Virus record (IMG/VR): IMGVR_UViG_3300005676_000004
Strand: one strand, 5' to 3'
Source of the DNA: a virus
DNA: 64,000 nt
The notes under the pieces are model-generated. The model did not search any database, was not told the origin of the DNA, and was given only the letters and a program-made list of their open reading frames with translations. Positions 26,239 to 36,298 of this stretch are shown here, piece after piece; positions within the stretch are counted from its first letter, which is position 1; every line of letters starts with the position of its first letter. The translations under genes and the position numbers were made by a program.

Positions 26239-27186
26239 ATGCCACAGCAAGTAATATTCACATACGGCCTTCCGGCTTCTGGTAAGTCTACATGGGCTAA
26301 GGAGTTCGTTAAGAACAACCCAAATTTCAAGCGGGTAAATCGTGATGATTTACGAAAGATGGTTGATAACTCGGTATATTCAAAGGAAAACGAGTCAACT
26401 ATTGTTTCGCTACGAAATACGGCAATAGCTACATTTCTTGAGCGAGGACACTCGGTTATCGTGGACGATACTAACATTCAAACCAAGAATATGTTAGACA
26501 TCTTTCATAACGTACTTCCACGGTTTCCGCGTGTTGAATTTTCCGTACAAGAGTTTAATACTCCGGTGGATACGTGTATTGAGCGCGATTCGCAACGCGA
26601 GAATAGCGTCTCGGAAAACGTAATACGATCAATGGCTCAACAACAGTTGACAGCGAAGAGTGTTGATGAAGTTCGTTCATTAATGAAATTCATTCAAGAC
26701 TTTACGACTCGACTGTCTGAGTCTGCTGCTACGTTTCGGAACTCTCAAGGTAATGAGCACATGCAGCCAGCAATTATCGTTGACGTTGACGGTACTATAG
26801 CAGAACGTCACGAAGGAGAAGGTGGGCGGTCTCCGTTTGATTGGTCTCGTGTTGGCGAAGATACACCACGCGAAGCCATCATTGAAATCGTTAATCAATT
26901 CTTTAACAACGGCTATGCTATTATCGTCCTGAGCGGACGAGATGGCTCGTGTTTTGAGGAAACTACATCGTGGTTGCTTAATCATGGTGTATTGCACCAT
27001 CATCTGTTTATGCGCCCCACTGGTGACATGCGGAAGGATTATATCGTCAAGAGCGAGATATATTCAACGCTGATAGCACCACTCTATCGAGTTGATTTTG
27101 CACTTGATGATCGCGATCAAGTAGTTCACATGTGGCGTAACCATCACAATATTCAAGTTCTTCAAGTTAATTACGGAAACTTCTAA
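26239..27186 (+). CDS. pseT: Polynucleotide 5'-kinase/3'-phosphatase (T4 PseT/Pnk-like)
   Basis: GLPASGKST, RVNRDDLR, IVDDTN; HAD motifs DVDGT, LSGR, LDDRDQV. Confidence 0.92.
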   Translation: MPQQVIFTYGLPASGKSTWAKEFVKNNPNFKRVNRDDLRKMVDNSVYSKENESTIVSLRNTAIATFLERGHSVIVDDTNIQTKNMLDIFHNVLPRFPRVEFSVQEFNTPVDTCIERDSQRENSVSENVIRSMAQQQLTAKSVDEVRSLMKFIQDFTTRLSESAATFRNSQGNEHMQPAIIVDVDGTIAERHEGEGGRSPFDWSRVGEDTPREAIIEIVNQFFNNGYAIIVLSGRDGSCFEETTSWLLNHGVLHHHLFMRPTGDMRKDYIVKSEIYSTLIAPLYRVDFALDDRDQVVHMWRNHHNIQVLQVNYGNF

Positions 27187-27187
27187 C

Positions 27188-28222
27188 ATGAGAAAGCTAG
27201 CATCAATTCAACGAATCAGTGACGTTAGACCACACCCTAATGCTGACAAACTTGACATCTGCACGGTATTGGGATGGAAGGTCGTTACGGTTCGGGGTGA
27301 ATATAAGGTAGGCGATCTATGCGTCTACTGTGAGATTGATTCGGTTATGCCAGAACGTCCTGAATTTGAGTTCTTACGACAACGTAATTTCCGCATTCGC
27401 ACGGTGAAGTTACGCGGCGAACTTAGTCAAGGAATTTGTTTTCCTCTGACAATACTTCCAGTATATGACGAGCCTTATGAAGAACACTTAGATGTTACTG
27501 ACGTCTTAGGAGTTACCAAATTTGAGCCAGCGGCACAGTCAGTCGGTGAATTTACAGTTAAGGGTTCGTTTCCGCATTTCTTACAGAAGACGGATGAGAC
27601 TAGAGTACAAAATTTAGTTGAGCGCGATATTCTAACTCAATACTATGAATCATCTAGAAGAAACCAAGGAAGTTGGTACGTAACGGAAAAACTCGATGGT
27701 ACGTCTACAACTTACTTCGTTTCTCATGGAGAGTTTTCGGTATGTTCTCGCAACCTAGAGTTATCTGACCCTAGGAAAGAAGAACTTACCACTAGGGTTA
27801 CTAGTCCATACTGGATACCAGTTGAGAGGGAGAAGTACGATAAAACTTTACTTTCTCTTAATGGAAGAAACATCGCTGTCCAGGGTGAGACGGTAGGCCC
27901 TGGAGTTCAAGGCAACAAGCTCAAACTTCCGCAAGTTGAATTCTTTGCGTTTCAAGTTATTGACATTGATACTGGAACTATGTTCTCGTATGACGAATTC
28001 ATTGAGTTCTGCAACAAATACAACTTCAAGCACGTTCCCATCGTTTCTGCGGAGTTTACACTCACTGATACGGTAGATTCTTACTTGGAATTTGCTGAAA
28101 GGAAATCTCTCATCAATCCCGACGTGTGGGCAGAGGGTTGTGTCTTCCGCATGAAAGCTGATCCTAGAACATCGTTCAAGGCTATTAACAACAAATTTCT
28201 ATTGAAGTTTGAAGACGCCTAG
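27188..28222 (+). CDS. ATP-dependent RNA ligase, DRB0094 family
   Basis: N-terminal OB domain (HPNADKL, SQG); TEKLDGTS, VQGE, FFAF, EGCVF, FKAIN. Confidence 0.9.
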   Translation: MRKLASIQRISDVRPHPNADKLDICTVLGWKVVTVRGEYKVGDLCVYCEIDSVMPERPEFEFLRQRNFRIRTVKLRGELSQGICFPLTILPVYDEPYEEHLDVTDVLGVTKFEPAAQSVGEFTVKGSFPHFLQKTDETRVQNLVERDILTQYYESSRRNQGSWYVTEKLDGTSTTYFVSHGEFSVCSRNLELSDPRKEELTTRVTSPYWIPVEREKYDKTLLSLNGRNIAVQGETVGPGVQGNKLKLPQVEFFAFQVIDIDTGTMFSYDEFIEFCNKYNFKHVPIVSAEFTLTDTVDSYLEFAERKSLINPDVWAEGCVFRMKADPRTSFKAINNKFLLKFEDA

Positions 28223-28282
28223 GATTAGGTAGCTTAGGTATACTTATAGTGTTAGAAAGGAAGTGTAGGCATGTAAATATCT

Positions 28283-28314
28283 TTTGGCTATTAGCAAAAA
28301 AATTTGTATCTTAT
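28283..28314 (+). promoter_or_regulatory. Bacteroidota-type promoter
   Basis: TTTG-N20-TATCTT. Confidence 0.6.
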
Positions 28315-28359
28315 ACACTTAGTTGAGACGAATTTAGTTAAACGTGATGGAGAATATAT

Positions 28360-28617
28360 ATGGCTGTTTCTGTAATTCATTATACTGCTGCATGGTGTGG
28401 ACCATGCAGAACACTGAAGCCTATCTTGCAGGAGGTTATTAGTGAAAATCCTCAAGTATCATTTAATACTATTGATGTTGACGCAAACAGGGAGTCAGCT
28501 ATCGCCGATGGTATTCGGTCAGTTCCAGTTGTCATCATAAAGAAAGATGGTGTGGAGACTGCGCGGTTTGTTGGCGTTCGTTCAAAGATGGAGTATAGTA
28601 ACGCAATTCGGGGATAA
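28360..28617 (+). CDS. trxA: Thioredoxin
   Basis: WCGPC active site. Confidence 0.92.
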   Translation: MAVSVIHYTAAWCGPCRTLKPILQEVISENPQVSFNTIDVDANRESAIADGIRSVPVVIIKKDGVETARFVGVRSKMEYSNAIRG

Positions 28618-28622
28618 TAGCG

Positions 28623-29099
28623 ATGGTTTTGAAATTCAAGAAGACGCGGGAAGACGCGATAATACCAAATTACGCAAAACAAGGTGATGCTGGTCTTGAC
28701 TTAATAGCGTTGTATCAGAGTAGGATAACTGACGAGTTTACCGAATATGGCACGGGGCTTGCCGTGGAGATACCAGACGGTTATGTTGGGGTTGTAGTTC
28801 CTAGAAGCTCATTCAGTAACTACAATGCTATGCTAGCAAATACAGTAGGTGTAATAGATTCTGGATATAGAGGGGAGATATTACTCCGAGTTCGTAACAT
28901 AGTTACCGATCAAAATTTTTATGACGTCTACATGCACGGCGATCCAGCGATTTTTCTAGAAAAAGATGAGACATTCCTCGGAACACGCGTGTTTCAGCTA
29001 ATAGTCTTACCGTGTCCAACATTTGAGGTTATGGAGGTAGATTCTCTTAGTTCATCGGAACGTGGTGAAAACGGCTTCGGTTCAACTGGACAGTCGTGA
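28623..29099 (+). CDS. dut: Trimeric dUTPase
   Basis: AGLDL, PRSS, GVIDSGYRGE, RGENGFGSTG. Confidence 0.93.
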   Translation: MVLKFKKTREDAIIPNYAKQGDAGLDLIALYQSRITDEFTEYGTGLAVEIPDGYVGVVVPRSSFSNYNAMLANTVGVIDSGYRGEILLRVRNIVTDQNFYDVYMHGDPAIFLEKDETFLGTRVFQLIVLPCPTFEVMEVDSLSSSERGENGFGSTGQS

Positions 29100-29917
29100 T
29101 GACAGTTCTCAGCCTGTTTGACGGAATAAGCTGTGGGCAGTTAGCACTTCAACGTTGTGGTATACCAGTTGATACATATTTTGCATCTGAAATTGACGAG
29201 AACGCGAAGGTAGTAACTCAGCAACATTTCCCAAACACTATACAGCTCGGTGATGTGACAAACATTAGAGGTGCAGACTTACCTACTATTGATTTGTTAA
29301 TGGGTGGTAGTCCATGTCAAGGATTTTCGTTTGCTGGTAAGCAACTGAACTTCAATGATCCGCGTAGTAAACTTTTCTTTGAATTTGTTAGGATTCTTCA
29401 AGAGACTACTCCGAGATGGTTTCTACTTGAAAATGTAAAGATGCGCCGTCAATATCGAGATGTAATAACTGATCATCTAGGGGTACATCCTATTGAAATT
29501 GACTCTGCGATGTTTAGTAAGCAAACTCGCAAACGTTTGTATTGGACAAATATTCCGATAGGAGAAATAACGCCAACCAGCGAAAATTTTGATGGTTTAT
29601 TGTATAGGTTAGGACATGGGTACATACCAGAAGAGATACGGTTCTTTCGTAAATATCCTACACTAGTAGCGCAAAGTCCAGGAACTAAATACCGAATTGT
29701 GGTTGACGCGAATAAAGCTCAAGATGCTGATAAGGCGACACTTCGTAGAGATACACAAGTAACTCGTGTAGCTTCTCCAGAGGAGTGTGAAGAGTTTCAG
29801 ACGTTACCTATTGGATACACAAACATCCTTCCGAAAACACAAAGATACAAGGTGATAGGTAACGGGTGGACTGTTAATGTAATTTCTCATATTTTTAAAG
29901 GATTGCTTTATGAGTAG
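29096..29917 (+). CDS. dcm: DNA (cytosine-5)-methyltransferase
   Basis: SLFDGI, GGSPCQ, LENV, RKRLYW, GNGW. Confidence 0.9.
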   Translation: MMTVLSLFDGISCGQLALQRCGIPVDTYFASEIDENAKVVTQQHFPNTIQLGDVTNIRGADLPTIDLLMGGSPCQGFSFAGKQLNFNDPRSKLFFEFVRILQETTPRWFLLENVKMRRQYRDVITDHLGVHPIEIDSAMFSKQTRKRLYWTNIPIGEITPTSENFDGLLYRLGHGYIPEEIRFFRKYPTLVAQSPGTKYRIVVDANKAQDADKATLRRDTQVTRVASPEECEEFQTLPIGYTNILPKTQRYKVIGNGWTVNVISHIFKGLLYE

Positions 29918-30191
29918 AAGTTTTAAGAAGACTCCGGTTAGAGGTGTTCATCCGTTTGACTCGGAAAAGCAAGATAAACAGAAGTGGCATCGTCGACTAC
30001 GAAAGAAGATACGGCAACTATTATCGGGAACTCATTATGACATTGAAAAACTTGAATCAACAGTGCTACCGACGGAACATGACGTCTCTGATCCATGGTT
30101 GATGTCAAAAGATGGTAAATTTTTCATGAGCATTGAACCAGATTCCGACGAGGCGAAGGTTAACTGGTTTAAGAAATTAATGCGAAAGTAG
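29910..30191 (+). CDS. Hypothetical small basic protein
   Basis: MSRSFKKTP...DKQKWHRRLR. Confidence 0.65.
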   Translation: MSRSFKKTPVRGVHPFDSEKQDKQKWHRRLRKKIRQLLSGTHYDIEKLESTVLPTEHDVSDPWLMSKDGKFFMSIEPDSDEAKVNWFKKLMRK

Positions 30192-30196
30192 TAAAC

Positions 30197-30811
30197 ATGA
30201 TAACGACAAGTATTACGACGGATATGAAATTCACAGACGCGCTCGGTAAGATCGCAGTCCCGAAGGTTGTGAGAGTCTCGGGTGAATTTTCGGAGTCAAG
30301 TGCAAACGCTTTATATACTGCCTGCGATGAAGCTGCTGAGACTGGCCAGCGCATACTTCCAATACTCATAGATTCGTACGGGGGTAGCGTCTATGCATTA
30401 AACGGTATGATAGATTATTTCCAGTCATTTAGAGATAGTGGCATTGAGATAGTTACTATTGCATGTGGTAAAGCTATGTCTGCTGGCTCTGCGTTGTTTT
30501 GCATGGGAGACAGACGCTACATAGGTAAGAGATCAACACTAATGTTTCATCGAGTCTTTGGTGCTGGAATTGGCAATCCATCCGAGGTGGAAGCTGAAGT
30601 CACGGAGATGGCTAGACTTGAGAAGTTAATGTTCGCCGAGATTTCAAAGACATTAAATTATCCAAAAACTTGGTTGTATGACCAATTGAAGAAGAGAGAT
30701 TTTTCTAATTGGTATGTTGATGCAAATGATGCCGTTTCGCTGAAGATTGCTACACACATTGGTATCCCTAAGTTTGAGTTTCAAGTTTCAACTAACTTTG
30801 TTTGTAAGTAG
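30197..30811 (+). CDS. clpP: ClpP-family protease
   Basis: IDSYGGSV, GKAMSAG (Ser), MFH. Confidence 0.8.
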   Translation: MITTSITTDMKFTDALGKIAVPKVVRVSGEFSESSANALYTACDEAAETGQRILPILIDSYGGSVYALNGMIDYFQSFRDSGIEIVTIACGKAMSAGSALFCMGDRRYIGKRSTLMFHRVFGAGIGNPSEVEAEVTEMARLEKLMFAEISKTLNYPKTWLYDQLKKRDFSNWYVDANDAVSLKIATHIGIPKFEFQVSTNFVCK

Positions 30812-30819
30812 GAGGCGAC

Positions 30820-33339
30820 GTGTACCAGAACATCTTCGTTAAATCTAGGACGCGAGAGGCTTGGGTGTGGGATGATCAGAAAGGATTACTCCATTTCAAA
30901 TATTCTCCGTACGCATATAAGCGGGATTCCAAAGGCAAGTACACCTCCATGTACGGAGAGAAACTTTCTAAGGTTACTGATTTTGAGCGGTATGACCCCA
31001 ATTTACTAGAGTCGGATGTTTCCGATACTACGCGAATTTTAATAGATATGTATGGTGACTCTGATATACCATCCACTGGTCACAGAGTAATGACGTTTGA
31101 CATTGAGGTTGAGATGGTAACGGGAACACCCGATCCTCAGACTGGAAACAATGAGATAACATCAATTGCATATCACGATTCGGTTACTGATGTCTATACT
31201 GTATTGGTATTAGATAAGAAGGGGCGAGTTAAAAGTCGTACACAAGGTAATCAAGTTATTGTTTCCTGTCCGAATGAGAGAACACTTCTATTGAAGTTTT
31301 TATCTGGAATGGATGAGATACGTCCTACTATTATAACGGGATGGAACATTAATGGATTTGACATACCGTATATCTACAATAGAATTTCTAACGTGCTAGG
31401 TAAACGTAAGGCTGCTTGCTTATCGCCAATTGAAGAAGTGTATTACTCTCCACATAAAGATACGTATACGATTGGTGGCGTGTCGGTGTTAGATTACATG
31501 GTTATGTATAAGAAATTTTCGTACAAAGAATTACCTTCATATTCGTTGAACTACGTATCCACTAACGAATTGGAGCGTGGAAAACTTGAGTATGAAGGTA
31601 ATTTAGATGACTTGATGGAATCTGATATAGACACCTTCATTCAGTACAACATCACTGACTGCGAACTTGTTAAAGCGTTAGATGAAAAATTACAGTTTAT
31701 TGACCTAGTTCGTGGTATTTGTCATGTCGGTCACGTCCCGTATGAAGATTTCATATACTCATCAAAGTATCTTGAAGGTGCTCTTCTAACCTATCTTAGA
31801 AAGATTGAGGTGGTAGCTCCGAATAAGCCCATTGATTGGAAAGAGAGAATGCAAGAGTTGGGTGAGGACGCGGGGGAAGATAAGTTTGAAGGAGCTTTCG
31901 TCAAAGACCCAATACCTGGTAGATATGAATGGATTTATGATCTTGATCTAACATCACTATATCCATCAATTATTATGACGTTGAACATATCTCCAGAGAC
32001 CAAAGTTGGAAAGATTAAAGATTGGGATTCCGACGCATACACGCGTGGTACTCGTGATTCATATATCATAGAAGGACATGAAGATATAGTTTTGACTCAT
32101 GCCGAGATAAAGCAATTCATTGAATCTAATAAGTATACGGTTGGTGCAAATGGTGCATTCTATACCACAGATTCAATCGGACTTCTACCAGCAGTTTTAA
32201 ACGACTGGTTTGATAAACGAGTTGAATACAAAAACGAGATGAAGAAGTGGGGAACTGCTGGTGATGTGGATAAATATGAGTTCTACAAGAAACGGCAACT
32301 TGTACAAAAAATCTTGTTGAACTCACTGTATGGCGTCTTAGGCCTTCCCGTCTTTCGATGGTTTGACATTGATAACGCCGAAGCCGTTACTCTCACGGGC
32401 CGCACGGTTATTCAGAAGACCCAGGATGTTATTAATTTGAAATACAACAGTGAGTTACAAAGTTCCGACGATCATGTCATCTATATTGATACCGATTCTG
32501 TGTTTGTGTCGTGTCTACCACTCGTGAAGCATAGATACCCTTCAATAGATGTTAGGGATGATACTCTAATGGCTGAACGTATTTACGAGATAGCCAACGA
32601 AGTGCAGGCATATGTTAACAAAATGTATGATGTTCTAGCTAAGAAAGTCTTTAATGCAAGCACTCATAGATTTGAGATAAAGCAGGAGATGATTGCTAAG
32701 ACTGGATTTTGGACTAAGAAGAAACGCTATGCACTGAAAGTTATATCTGATAATGGCTTGCCAGTTGACGAGTTGAAGATAGTTGGCCTAGATGTGGTAC
32801 GGTCTTCATATCCAACCTCGTTTAAGAAATTCATGAAGGAGATTCTGTCGGATATTTTGTTGTTCAAAGACAAAGCTGAGTTGGATGAGAAGATTATCTA
32901 CTTCAAAAAGAATGTTGCCAAGGAAGCATATTCCGAAGTATCAAAGACATCTTCGGTGAAAAACATTGCTAAGTACGAAATACTAAACGATGATACTCTT
33001 GGTAAGTTTAAAACTCGGACCCCTTCGCATGTTAAAGCTGCTATAAATTACAATAGACTCTTGAAGCTGTTTAAGGTGCCACCTAAATATCCACCTGTAA
33101 AGAATGGTGATAAGATCAAGATCGCATACCTTAAGCAAAATCCATACGAAATACATGAGTTGGCATTTCGAGGTGAAAGCGATCCTTCGGTAATTCTTGA
33201 CTTCATCAAAGACAATTTTGACGCGGAGGCGTTATACAACTCGGAAATAAAAAAGAAACTAGATGTATTCTATGATGCAATGGGGTGGTCTTACCCATCC
33301 GAATACACGAAGTTAGCAGCCGAGTTCTTTTCGTTTTGA
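30820..33339 (+). CDS. Family B DNA polymerase with 3'-5' exonuclease
   Basis: FDIE, GWNINGFD; DLTSLYPS, KILLNSLYG, YIDTDS. Confidence 0.96.
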   Translation: MYQNIFVKSRTREAWVWDDQKGLLHFKYSPYAYKRDSKGKYTSMYGEKLSKVTDFERYDPNLLESDVSDTTRILIDMYGDSDIPSTGHRVMTFDIEVEMVTGTPDPQTGNNEITSIAYHDSVTDVYTVLVLDKKGRVKSRTQGNQVIVSCPNERTLLLKFLSGMDEIRPTIITGWNINGFDIPYIYNRISNVLGKRKAACLSPIEEVYYSPHKDTYTIGGVSVLDYMVMYKKFSYKELPSYSLNYVSTNELERGKLEYEGNLDDLMESDIDTFIQYNITDCELVKALDEKLQFIDLVRGICHVGHVPYEDFIYSSKYLEGALLTYLRKIEVVAPNKPIDWKERMQELGEDAGEDKFEGAFVKDPIPGRYEWIYDLDLTSLYPSIIMTLNISPETKVGKIKDWDSDAYTRGTRDSYIIEGHEDIVLTHAEIKQFIESNKYTVGANGAFYTTDSIGLLPAVLNDWFDKRVEYKNEMKKWGTAGDVDKYEFYKKRQLVQKILLNSLYGVLGLPVFRWFDIDNAEAVTLTGRTVIQKTQDVINLKYNSELQSSDDHVIYIDTDSVFVSCLPLVKHRYPSIDVRDDTLMAERIYEIANEVQAYVNKMYDVLAKKVFNASTHRFEIKQEMIAKTGFWTKKKRYALKVISDNGLPVDELKIVGLDVVRSSYPTSFKKFMKEILSDILLFKDKAELDEKIIYFKKNVAKEAYSEVSKTSSVKNIAKYEILNDDTLGKFKTRTPSHVKAAINYNRLLKLFKVPPKYPPVKNGDKIKIAYLKQNPYEIHELAFRGESDPSVILDFIKDNFDAEALYNSEIKKKLDVFYDAMGWSYPSEYTKLAAEFFSF

Positions 33340-33365
33340 AAATTCAACTTTTTTTAGTATATTGA
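33335..33365 (+). promoter_or_regulatory. Bacteroidota-type promoter
   Basis: TTTG-N19-TATATT. Confidence 0.6.
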
Positions 33366-33402
33366 AATACATCTACACACCGTAATTGATGAGGTCATCT
33401 TA

Positions 33403-34146
33403 ATGGATAAGCGAAACCTAACAAATTTTATCAGCAAGTACTTTCTGTCAGGCAATGCGCCATCCGTGGCTTGGGAAGTCGGCGATCAATTGAAAACGAG
33501 GTTCATAACCGATGATCGCGCTCTAGTCGGCGAGATTATACATCGAGAGCAGCTACATACTTCCGAGGGGGGTGTTGATTCTGCTGAGAAGTTGTCTATC
33601 TACAATACCGAACTCCTATTGAAGATGCTTAGCGTCTTAGGAACTGACATAACGTTTGAAATGGTTAAACGCGTAGAGAACTCTAGGGTGAATCATCTGA
33701 TCTTAGCAGATGGGAACACCACACTTAAGTACATGTTATCCGACCCATCAGTAATATCGCCAGTTCCAGAGATGAAGAAAGCTCTTGACTATGGGATAAC
33801 GATACAACTTGATAAAGACCTTAGTGATAGATTTCTGAGAGCAAGGTCTGCACTACCAACGGAAACTAAGTTTGTAATTTCCAAGGATAAAAAGAAAGGT
33901 ACGTATCAACTTGTTCTCGGTGGCTCCGGTAAGGACGTTAACCGCATCACACTAGATGTTATAACTAATGTTAAGTCCGACATAGCACCAATATCCTTTA
34001 GTGTAAAGTATTTCGCTGAGATACTTGCCGCGAATAAGGATGCTGAGACAGGAGCTATGGAGATTGCTGAGAACGCGCTTGCTAAGATTTCATTCAACAC
34101 TGAACTACAGTCTTCGACGTATTATCTGCTTCGTCAGGAGGATTGA
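33403..34146 (+). CDS. Sliding clamp (T4 gp45-like)
   Basis: Size and position between PolB and the clamp loader; two-domain beta-rich pattern (LKYMLSDPSVI). Confidence 0.65.
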   Translation: MDKRNLTNFISKYFLSGNAPSVAWEVGDQLKTRFITDDRALVGEIIHREQLHTSEGGVDSAEKLSIYNTELLLKMLSVLGTDITFEMVKRVENSRVNHLILADGNTTLKYMLSDPSVISPVPEMKKALDYGITIQLDKDLSDRFLRARSALPTETKFVISKDKKKGTYQLVLGGSGKDVNRITLDVITNVKSDIAPISFSVKYFAEILAANKDAETGAMEIAENALAKISFNTELQSSTYYLLRQED

Positions 34147-34556
34147 TAATGACTATGGACTTAAAAGAGCTTTCACGCGAAGATTGTTTTGTAACCACCA
34201 CACGTTTCTCCGTTGAATTGTGTAACAAGAATCTAGGATATTTGTTTGTTTTTGGGGATAATGAACAGCGTGTCGGAAAGGGTGGGCAAGCTATAATACG
34301 TGGTTGCCCCAACACAATAGGTCTCAGGACTAAACGTAGTATTGCAGAATTTTGGACGGATCGCGACTATCACCGGAATTGTAAGCTGATTGATGAGGAC
34401 ATTCACAGTATACTTTCTGCATTGTATCTTGGCTATCGAATTGTCTTCGCATCAAGTGGTTACGGCAACGGATTAGCTGAGTTGCCTGCACGTGCTCCTG
34501 AAACGTATTTGTATTTGAAAAATAAACTCGATGATTATTTCGGGTTTACATTTTAA
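34143..34556 (+). CDS. Conserved hypothetical phage protein
   Basis: FVFGDN...GKGGQA...GLRTK motif. Confidence 0.7.
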   Translation: MIMTMDLKELSREDCFVTTTRFSVELCNKNLGYLFVFGDNEQRVGKGGQAIIRGCPNTIGLRTKRSIAEFWTDRDYHRNCKLIDEDIHSILSALYLGYRIVFASSGYGNGLAELPARAPETYLYLKNKLDDYFGFTF

Positions 34557-34582
34557 TTTGTAACATCTTTTATTGGTTTTTC

Positions 34583-35512
34583 ATGTCTGAACATTCATTG
34601 CTCGTAGAAAAGTACCGCCCGACGTCGCTGGACGAGTACATATGCTCTGAGACTTTACGAAAAAGTTTTACCGAGTATATTGAGAAGAAAGATATTCCTC
34701 ACTTGCTGTTGTATGGCGACGCTGGCTCCGGTAAGACAACGCTAGCTAAGATTTTTGCCAATACAATCTCGCCAGACAACTTCATGTATATTAACGCATC
34801 GGACGAGAACTCAGTTGACACCGTTAGAGACAAGATCAAACAATTCGCGTCTTCCATGGGGTTTGGTGGCTTAAAAATCATCATCCTAGATGAGGCTGAC
34901 TATCTGTCACAGAGTGCACAGGCGGCACTCCGTAATATCATGGAAACGTTCAGTAAGACTACTCGGTTTATCTTGACATGTAACTATGCAGAACGTATCA
35001 TTGAACCACTTCAGTCAAGATGTCAATCGTTCAATATAACTCCGCCATCAAAGAGAGATGTTGCTAAACACATCGTTGCGATGTTAAAGTCGGAGGGTGT
35101 TGAGTTTGATCTTGCGGACGTAGCAACTATTGTCAATGCAAATTACCCAGACGTCCGCAAGACTATCAATTCCATTCAGCGTAGTATAACTGGAGCCGTG
35201 CTAACCTTAGATCAGGAAGCTGTGGAACAGACTCACTACTACGGTTCTATACTAGAAATTTTGAAGTCGGAAAAGAAGACTAAGGATAAGTTTCAAGAGA
35301 TTAGGCAACTGATAGCGAATAACTACGTTAGAGACTATACTCCTATGTTTAGGTTTTTGTATGATAACGTTGATGGTTACGCTAAGACTAAAGTTGGCCA
35401 AGTCATCATTATCATTGCAGAGGCACACTACAGAGATGCATTCGTCATTGATCATGAGATAAATGCAATGTCAATGTTCATTCAGATCATAAATGAGATA
35501 GCTAGTAAATAA
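34583..35512 (+). CDS. Clamp-loader ATPase (RFC/gp44-like)
   Basis: VEKYRP, GDAGSGKTT, NASDE, LDEAD, LQSRC. Confidence 0.94.
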   Translation: MSEHSLLVEKYRPTSLDEYICSETLRKSFTEYIEKKDIPHLLLYGDAGSGKTTLAKIFANTISPDNFMYINASDENSVDTVRDKIKQFASSMGFGGLKIIILDEADYLSQSAQAALRNIMETFSKTTRFILTCNYAERIIEPLQSRCQSFNITPPSKRDVAKHIVAMLKSEGVEFDLADVATIVNANYPDVRKTINSIQRSITGAVLTLDQEAVEQTHYYGSILEILKSEKKTKDKFQEIRQLIANNYVRDYTPMFRFLYDNVDGYAKTKVGQVIIIIAEAHYRDAFVIDHEINAMSMFIQIINEIASK

Positions 35513-35540
35513 TACAACTTATAACGAAGAGGAAGTTTAC

Positions 35541-35828
35541 ATGGTTAATAACGATAACATGTCCAATATCTTAGATCAAGCGTCGGAGATTGAATGTAAT
35601 GTTTGTGGAGGTATATTTTTTGCTGAAGTCTTTTTGTTTAAGAAGATCACACCCATCATTGCACCAGATGGTGTGGGTGGGGTAGTTCCAATCAAAGTCT
35701 TTAGTTGCTTGGAGTGTGGGTCAATAGCTAAAGAACTCATACCATGCACTATAAACAAATACGGTACTAGTGACGCCAGTGATGATACTTCTGCTAGCGA
35801 TTCAAATTCTCCCATTATAACAATCTAA
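35541..35828 (+). CDS. Small zinc-ribbon protein
   Basis: CNVC...CLECG. Confidence 0.7.
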   Translation: MVNNDNMSNILDQASEIECNVCGGIFFAEVFLFKKITPIIAPDGVGGVVPIKVFSCLECGSIAKELIPCTINKYGTSDASDDTSASDSNSPIITI

Positions 35829-35840
35829 CAGATGTGACGT

Positions 35841-36296
35841 ATGTCAAGAAATTTATTTGATCTTATAAAAGATGTTACAAGATCAAAACGAAATGTATCA
35901 GAGCTAACAGATGAAGATTGGAAGGTATGGAGTAACTTTATGGTTACTCGTTGGCTTTCAATGGATATTGATCTTGTTGAGTTCGCCAATGAAGTCCAAG
36001 TTTACAGTAATAGCGTCTTGACGCCGAAGGATTTTTATAGATTTCTGTATCATATCCTTCCCGAAGGCCCATTGTATCTGAAGTACGTAAAGCGTACGTC
36101 TGCATTTGAAATAGATGCGCAATTCATTGACATTATCCGTAATCATCTCCAAATCAGTAGGAGACGGGTATATGAATACATTGAATTGCTCATGAACGAT
36201 GGGGGTATTCAATACATAATTGATATACTCAACATGTACGGTCTTTCAGACGAATCCGTACAAAAATTTGTTACTCAAGTTTCTAAAAAGAGGTAA
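35841..36296 (+). CDS. Probable clamp-loader small subunit (gp62-like)
   Basis: FMVTRWLSM...FLYHILP..LKYVK; replication-cluster context. Confidence 0.5.
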   Translation: MSRNLFDLIKDVTRSKRNVSELTDEDWKVWSNFMVTRWLSMDIDLVEFANEVQVYSNSVLTPKDFYRFLYHILPEGPLYLKYVKRTSAFEIDAQFIDIIRNHLQISRRRVYEYIELLMNDGGIQYIIDILNMYGLSDESVQKFVTQVSKKR

Positions 36297-36298
36297 GT

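Noticed and set aside
30820-33339. Intein or intron in the DNA polymerase
   Set aside because: 839 aa with contiguous PolB motifs and no LAGLIDADG or Hint signature.
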